The notes under the pieces: model-generated
What the model was told of the DNA's origin: nothing
Seen by the model: the letters and a program-made list of their open reading frames with translations, nothing else
Database searches by the model: none
Part shown: piece by piece, positions 58,401-64,000 of the stretch
How the letters are laid out: each line of letters starts with the position of its first letter
Position numbering within the stretch: the stretch's first letter is position 1
Made by a program: the position numbers and the translations under genes
NCBI GenBank assembly: GCA_977030845.1
Contig: OZ365112.1
Location: 8,370,001 to 8,434,000, forward strand
Source: Fimbriosthenelais zetlandica
Taxonomy: Eukaryota
Length of the DNA stretch: 64,000 bases
Direction: 5' to 3'

Positions 58401-61400
58401 ACCGTGGGTCGGCTGGCCCCATTCCTACTGCCGGAGCCCTTGCATTTGTCCCCAAGCCTCGTCCACCTATGCCTTCTCAATCTTCTAACGTGCCTTCCTA
58501 CGGCCAGGATTACTCGAGAGGAGCGAGATTCCCGAAAACGACGGCAGCAGCGCCAGCGCCTGGTAAGGGAACCATGCTATCAAAGGTGCAGCAGTCCCTG
58601 AATGCTGCTATCTGGCAGCCGGGCATGTATGATGAACCTGACTATGATCATCGTCCTGTCCATGACCTCAGAGCTCAGTATCAGGAGCCGCCACAGCAGG
58701 CTTACCATCAGTCACCGCAGCAGGATTACCAGCAGCCAATGCAAGGTACGTACTCAATGGTGCCACAGACCAAGATGTCGATGGCACGATGAGGGATGCC
58801 ATCAGAGTGGGGAACTACTGTAATTGTTGTAATCTCACTGTAGTGGTGTCCCTATTAAGGTATCTGTATGTTGTCCCCTACCTGTTTGTTGGATAAGCAC
58901 CTATCCCTAATTCACACACACTAAGTCTTTGCAGACTCCAAACATCATTCAAATTCACATCCCAGACAAAAATCAGCTTCTGCTCATGCTTTTAGTCCCC
59001 TATAGTACAATTTAAGTCAAGGCTTTGAGCTACTTGAGAACCAGCTGCTATATCAGAGAGATATTCCAAATTGATGAGATTAGCATTATGGTATGCCAAA
59101 CAGTTGGGGCATACCTACATGCTGAACTTTGATAAATTAGCGCTAAGGAAGCATGGAGCTGCAGCTTTTAAGACAATGGCTATGTATCCTATTTATGAGG
59201 TTATAAATAAGCAAACATAGTACCACAAAACTGCTGTTCAGAAGCTGTCATCATTTCCAACCCCACTTCCTTCTTATCCATTACCTGTATGTCTGTCTCA
59301 CCCATAAATCAAAAGCCAAAGATCTTTGTCCCATGCATGGTGTGTGCCATTATTACAGGGTATCAGCATTCTGCCCCTCGTCATAGACCGTCCAAAAAAC
59401 CCTCAACCTCCGCCTACCGGCCTGTGGCTCTACCAGAAGAAATTCAAAATTACCAGCAGAACCCAATGGCCAACGATGATAAGTACATAGAGGATCAGAA
59501 GTCGGTTCGTGATCTCAAAGGTGTTTTCACAGAAAAGCCCCAGCCACCACCAGAGCGCCGTGAGTATCAACACTATCGTCACCGCCAGCACCACCCTCCT
59601 CCTGTGCGTGGCCTGCGCCGACCCAGTCTTCCACCCTCCTGGAGCCTCCCAACCTCCTGGAGAAAACCTACCAGCCCCGGTGACCTCTTGTTACATTAAT
59701 TACTACACTCCTCCTGCACGATGCACGCCACCCTCAGATGTCCTATAAACAAGGTCTTGATCTCGTGCAAATTAGACACAAACGCAAGATGAACGCCATG
59801 CATTTGTCTTGGTAGAGACTTCTGCTTGAATCCACAACAAAAAACTGTAATTTCAGAATTTGGCATTTGTCCAGGTGTTCAGGCCTTATAAGTGTCTTTC
59901 TCTATCTATCCCAAGCCCGCAACTTCAATCAACATTGATCATGTCTCACTTCAAAATTTTCAAAAGGAATGTCCTCTGAAAATGATTAACTTAAGCTCTG
60001 TTGTCTTATGTGTAGTTCGTCCTTTTGTATTCTATCAAGCTCTATTCCGAGCTAAATGAGAAATCACAGTAACACACGAGAAAATAATGCTCAAACCACT
60101 ATTAATGGCCAGGGGCAAAGAGTTCTCAAATCCCATTGCCTTTACTGCTTAAGAGTAGTCAAAAATCTAAGATTCAGCACGAGTTTCTGGTAAGTACTTT
60201 CTATTGTAAAAAGGCATTTAACTGGACGAAAAGGCTATTGTTGGTCATGACTCTGCAATGAATAATTTCAACAAAATTAAGTTATTCAAAATGCATCAAG
60301 AGAACAGTAGTACTACCTCAGCAGTATATTCTAAAAGTGTACTACATGGCATGGCATTTTAAATCGTTTAATATAGCATTAGATCTGCCTCATAATCATA
60401 TCAAAAATGCATATAGCTATCAGAATCTAGATCATAGCTATCAGATCTACATGTAGTTAGTCACTGGCACAAACTTCTAATTATATAATCAAAGTATTCA
60501 GTATTGCTATGATGTAGTAAGTTAAAAGTCCTAATTGCATCAGAATATAGATCATTGAGAGAATGTTCATAGAGTACCTTTATAGAATCCTAGGAACAAT
60601 TTGAACTTTCAATTCGAAAATTTCTTTCAAAAATCGAATCATAATGTCATTTGGACATTTTACTGAGCAATATCAAACTTTTCTCAAAGGAATAGTACAT
60701 TCATATTACATAATTCATAACATAATTAATTGGAGATATGTTATCCTTCATAAAGAACATCATCTGAAATACATACAACTTTATACTGTGAAGAAATTCG
60801 ACACTATATATAATACATGTTAAATGTGTCTTCCTTTTACTTATCTTTCACGTTGTGTAATTGTTGTATGTTCAAATCCTCCATACATGTCTTTCTTTGT
60901 TATATATTTCCACCCATTGGATAGTTCATGACTGTCACATCATTGAAAATAGCATTTCAAGCTTTTAATTATGTGGATATTAATTGTTTTTCTCTTTCAG
61001 CATTAGCATGGCATGGAAAAGCATCAAATGCTTCATAATGTTCACCTTCTGCCTAAAGCTGTTTGTTTAGAATCATTCAGTTAAACCATCCTTGTAGAAA
61101 ACTGCTTAGAAAGGAAATACAGCATTGTCTTTGGTTCTGTCCCCAAATGTCATTGTAAAGTGACCAGGTGACTATGTATACTTGGTCATTTACTCTACAC
61201 GTGGTACTTGTTATTCTTCAATGTCCAAACCTGTAAGGTCCGTCAGGCAGGCTTGATCAGAAATGCCAGGTCAAAATGACCAAAGGTAATTAAGAAGAGC
61301 CAAAGATTACCATATATGCTCTTTGGCAGGGCTCTGGGAATTAGTTCTACTTCAAAATTCATGTCAAGTATCTACTAGTGCACAATTTGTCACTAAATAC

Positions 61401-63724
61401 AAATCTTGAACTGAGGAGTACATTCGGGTATTAACATTGTCAATACTAAAGGCATTCTGGTCTGGTCTCTAGCGCGTGATAGCCACCACCCCTACCCTCA
61501 TCAGCAGCGCTGTTTTTTTTCTATAATGCACACACTGCAATGTAATTTATATTACACAGTGGAAATCCTTGATGACTATGAGCCTAAATCAGTGGGTGAG
61601 CTAAAGCAAATGTTTGGAGCGAAGGCCTCCAAGTCCAAGAAACCACGTCGATCAAGAAGCCACAAGCCTCCTCCCCCACAGATACCACTGCCTGGAGAGG
61701 AGGAGGATGAGGATAGTAAGTAAGCCACAGGCGGCCATCCCACCTCCTGCAAGGTTGGACTCCTCACCTCTGCCACATGCAACATCCACTCTCTTCGTAC
61801 CAATATTCTCATGGCTTTCTTTTATTTTCGTCTGAAGCCAATACTTCCACATACCTTTTTCTATACTTCTCACCCATTTTTATATCCAGAATATACAGGA
61901 TCAGTTGTTTAGAACTACCATACTGCAGCATGTTCCTGAAAACTCTCTCCAAGCAATAATGAACTCTACATCACTATCTTTAGACTCTTTTTACCTCTTG
62001 CTTGAGGAACATCCTTTCTATTTTTTCCTGTCATGTTTTATAGCTTCAATTTATTAACAAACTTACGATGTAACTTCAACCAAAGATGGAGGGGATTATT
62101 TTTACTTCACATAATATTTTCCCAACACAAAGAGTCTCAGAAAACAACATTCCATTTGTTTTTCTTTAAGAGAACAGTGACAAAACTATCTTCAGGAAAA
62201 CCGGATTACCTCCAACCATAGCCTACACCATTTTCCCTCGATTAATTCCAGTCATAGTGGCTGCATTTTGCAAAAGCAATTTTGATGAAATGCCCAAGCG
62301 TGAATTGATTGAGTGAGTCTAGAGCAGCGAGGAAACTTTTGGAAAGAACCAAGAAAGCCAATGACTCTGTACTTTCCTTTCCGAAGACCATCTATCCTAG
62401 CTAGCAGAGTGAAGAGTGTTTTTCCACGAGAATGAGTGTGTACTCCCCGAAAAAAGAATTCCCTCCATTAGATCAATAACATTTCATTTTGATTTCATTT
62501 GGATATTATTTCAATCGGGCTTTAGTTCAGGCCCTCTAGTATATATTAGACTATGCATGATTTAATTAATTTATACTAATATAATCATTCAATATATAGT
62601 CATAGTTTTAACTTATTATGATTCTTAAGTTGTATTACTGTTAAATTCATATTAGCATAGATAAGTCACTGTCTTCTTGTAGCTTGATGCAAATCTATCG
62701 TAGGGCATGAACTAGTGACTCCACGTTTCAGGATAACTTCACCCAAGCTTCCAACAAATTTATCGTCCTTTTTCAAATAACAAATATGTTTTCCTCTAAG
62801 TTAAATTAAGACCACATACAAACAAAATTTCATCCTTGTAATAAAAACAATGATCTCCCAAATTGCAGAAATGGTTTCTTTCAGCTATGTAACATGGTTG
62901 TCAGCCTAAGAACATATTTAATATAAATGGTGTTCTGGTTTTCTTGCAGCACGGACTGGTTACCAAGTTAAACCATGGACTCCCCCTGCTAGTTCTGATG
63001 GTAGGGCAATGTACCAGCCTGGCTGGGCACCAAAACAACAGGAGTTTGGATGGTCACCAGTGAAAGGTCCACAAGCACCTTATGGAGTAGCACCAGGTCC
63101 TCAAGGTCATCATGCACCTCAAGGTCATCATCATGCACCTCCGCCGCAGGCCCCGCCCCAGAGGTCTCCGGCGTACGAGGTGCCCCGGATTGAGGTGCCA
63201 TCATGTCCAGCATGGGCCGGATCACTAAAGTCAATGGGCGGGGTGAAACCGTGGGAAGTGGCTGCCGCCGCAGCTGCTGCTCCTCATGAGGCCGCCCAAG
63301 CTCGCGTGGGCCGAACCAGGTCACCAAGACCAGAAGCTCCTGTCCAGCACCAACAAATGCCTTCACCAATGGCTGGCCAGCAACAGCAGCAGCAGCAACA
63401 GCAACAGCCCTCACCACAAGCCCAGCATCAGCAGGCTTCACCACAGGCCCAGCAGATGGCGCCACCCCAGGAACCATCTCAACGTAGACGAACAAGATCA
63501 CCCCAGCCAGATCATGTACCAGTCCATCAACCACGGGTACAAAACATGCACTATGGACCTGGTGGCCAGCAGGAGTACCAGCAACACGCTCCCGATGAAC
63601 ATGAAGGTGATGCCAAGGTGGCCCATCTTCAATATAACTCACCACTGGGACTTTACTCACGTGGTAATGTGGAGGAGGCGCTCACTGGACAGACGGCTGG
63701 AAAGCCCGGCGAGGGCACCATGAT
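43298..63724 (+). CDS. Zasp: Gene B, spliced: PDZ + ZM protein of the Zasp family (resembles the Zasp66 type within the window); probably continues beyond the right edge
   Basis: Seven exons with consistent phases; PDZ PWGFRLQGGKDF and ZM HLQYNSPLGLYS. Symbol is family-level only. Confidence 0.9.
50110..50258 (+). CDS. Zasp: Gene B exon 2, PDZ C-terminal half
   Basis: gttttag|VFVGSPADGVLHRGDIIVSIENHDCANMNHRPAQDIIKQAGGALRMCVR(R)|gtaagc; 149 nt; phase 0 to 2. Confidence 0.95.
51456..51546. mobile_element. Palindromic Tc1/mariner-type MITE
   Basis: Near-complete palindrome (about 42-bp arms, 5 mismatches, short loop) starting CAGT and flanked by TA on both sides (51454-55, 51547-48). Confidence 0.7.
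51698..51772. promoter_or_regulatory. Promoter-like cluster in gene B intron 2 (may be transposon-derived)
   Basis: CAGGAAGTGACGT 51698, CCAATCAG 51725, TTCCGG 51767 in a CpG-rich patch. Confidence 0.35.
54649..54670. promoter_or_regulatory. MEF2-consensus site inside a perfect palindrome
   Basis: GAGCAGCTA-TATT-TAGCTGCTC containing CTATATTTAG (54655-54664). Confidence 0.4.
55020..55095 (+). CDS. Gene B exon 3
   Basis: ttgtttag|GASYQAPRPAVAASVPRPVQSAAPQ|gtgagc; 76 nt; phase 2 to 0. Confidence 0.85.
58397..58745 (+). CDS. Gene B exon 4 (internal alternative donor after 58562)
   Basis: tttcctccag|LNRGSAGP...RPVHDLRAQY...QQPMQ|gtacgt; phase 0 to 1; internal CTG|gtaagg is also phase 1. Confidence 0.88.
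59359..59559 (+). CDS. Gene B cassette exon 5
   Basis: tattacag|...EDQKSVRDLKGVFTEKP...|gtgagt; 201 nt; phase 1-1. Confidence 0.85.
61560..61715 (+). CDS. Gene B cassette exon 6
   Basis: tacacag|EILDDYEPKSVGELKQMFGAK...EEEDED|gtaagt; 156 nt; phase 1-1. Confidence 0.82.
62950..63724 (+). CDS. Zasp: Gene B Gln/Pro-rich exon ending in the ZM motif
   Basis: ttcttgcag phase-1 acceptor in frame with ORF 63009..63728; KVAHLQYNSPLGLYSRGNVEEALTGQT; donor AT|gtgagt (phase 2, as for the gene A ZM exon). Confidence 0.92.
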
Positions 63725-64000
63725 GTGAGTATACTCTCATTACATCTATTCCACTTAATCTCTGATAAACTTAATTGATTTTCTAAGATTTTCTAGCCCC
63801 AGAAACTATCTAGCACCAGAGACTCTCTACAGTCCTGGTTCGGGATGGTCCTTCCAAGACAGCTAGAGTCAGGGTCTCTCGGCCTCAAACTAGCTAGTAT
63901 CTGAGTACAAGGGTATTATCGCAATCTACATATTGGACAGATACTGTGTCTACCCAATGGGGTAGGACACTGTATAACAGGGGTAGAATAAGAGCCCAGG

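Noticed and set aside
62989-63660. 223-aa minus-strand ORF and other long overlapping ORFs (42785-43441, 23840-24460, 63286-63723)
   Set aside because: Antisense or alternate-frame shadows of GC-rich exons and the CpG-rich promoter; no recognisable domains.
1-64000. CRISPR arrays, operons, rRNA or tRNA genes, intact transposase or reverse transcriptase ORFs
   Set aside because: None seen; the sequence is spliced animal genomic DNA.

Overview
Animal (invertebrate-like) genomic DNA with AT-rich GT-AG introns; no prokaryotic features, rRNA, tRNA or CRISPR array were seen. The window holds two head-to-head Zasp/ALP-Enigma (PDLIM)-family genes that the ORF track fragments because they are spliced. 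Gene A (minus strand, ATG 38764, runs off the left edge) encodes PDZ, a Pro-rich region, a ZM motif and an SAVYKM motif. These are followed by at least 16 consecutive symmetric phase-1 cassette exons. Five carry an IPS[KR]xFxxL motif and nine (one degenerate) carry a repeat, FDExA[FYW]LxGxxP, that I cannot assign to a known family. A 23-nt intronic inverted-repeat pair could loop out five of these cassettes. Gene B (plus strand, ATG 43298, probably continuing past the right edge) encodes PDZ, three copies of a [KR][SP]Vx[DE]L[KR]xx[FY] motif in frame-neutral optional segments, and a ZM motif. Introns also contain two MITEs, a 47-bp minisatellite and four CpG-rich promoter-like motif clusters. 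All exon boundaries, counts and alignments were read by eye, with no database search, and taxon and novelty are unverified.
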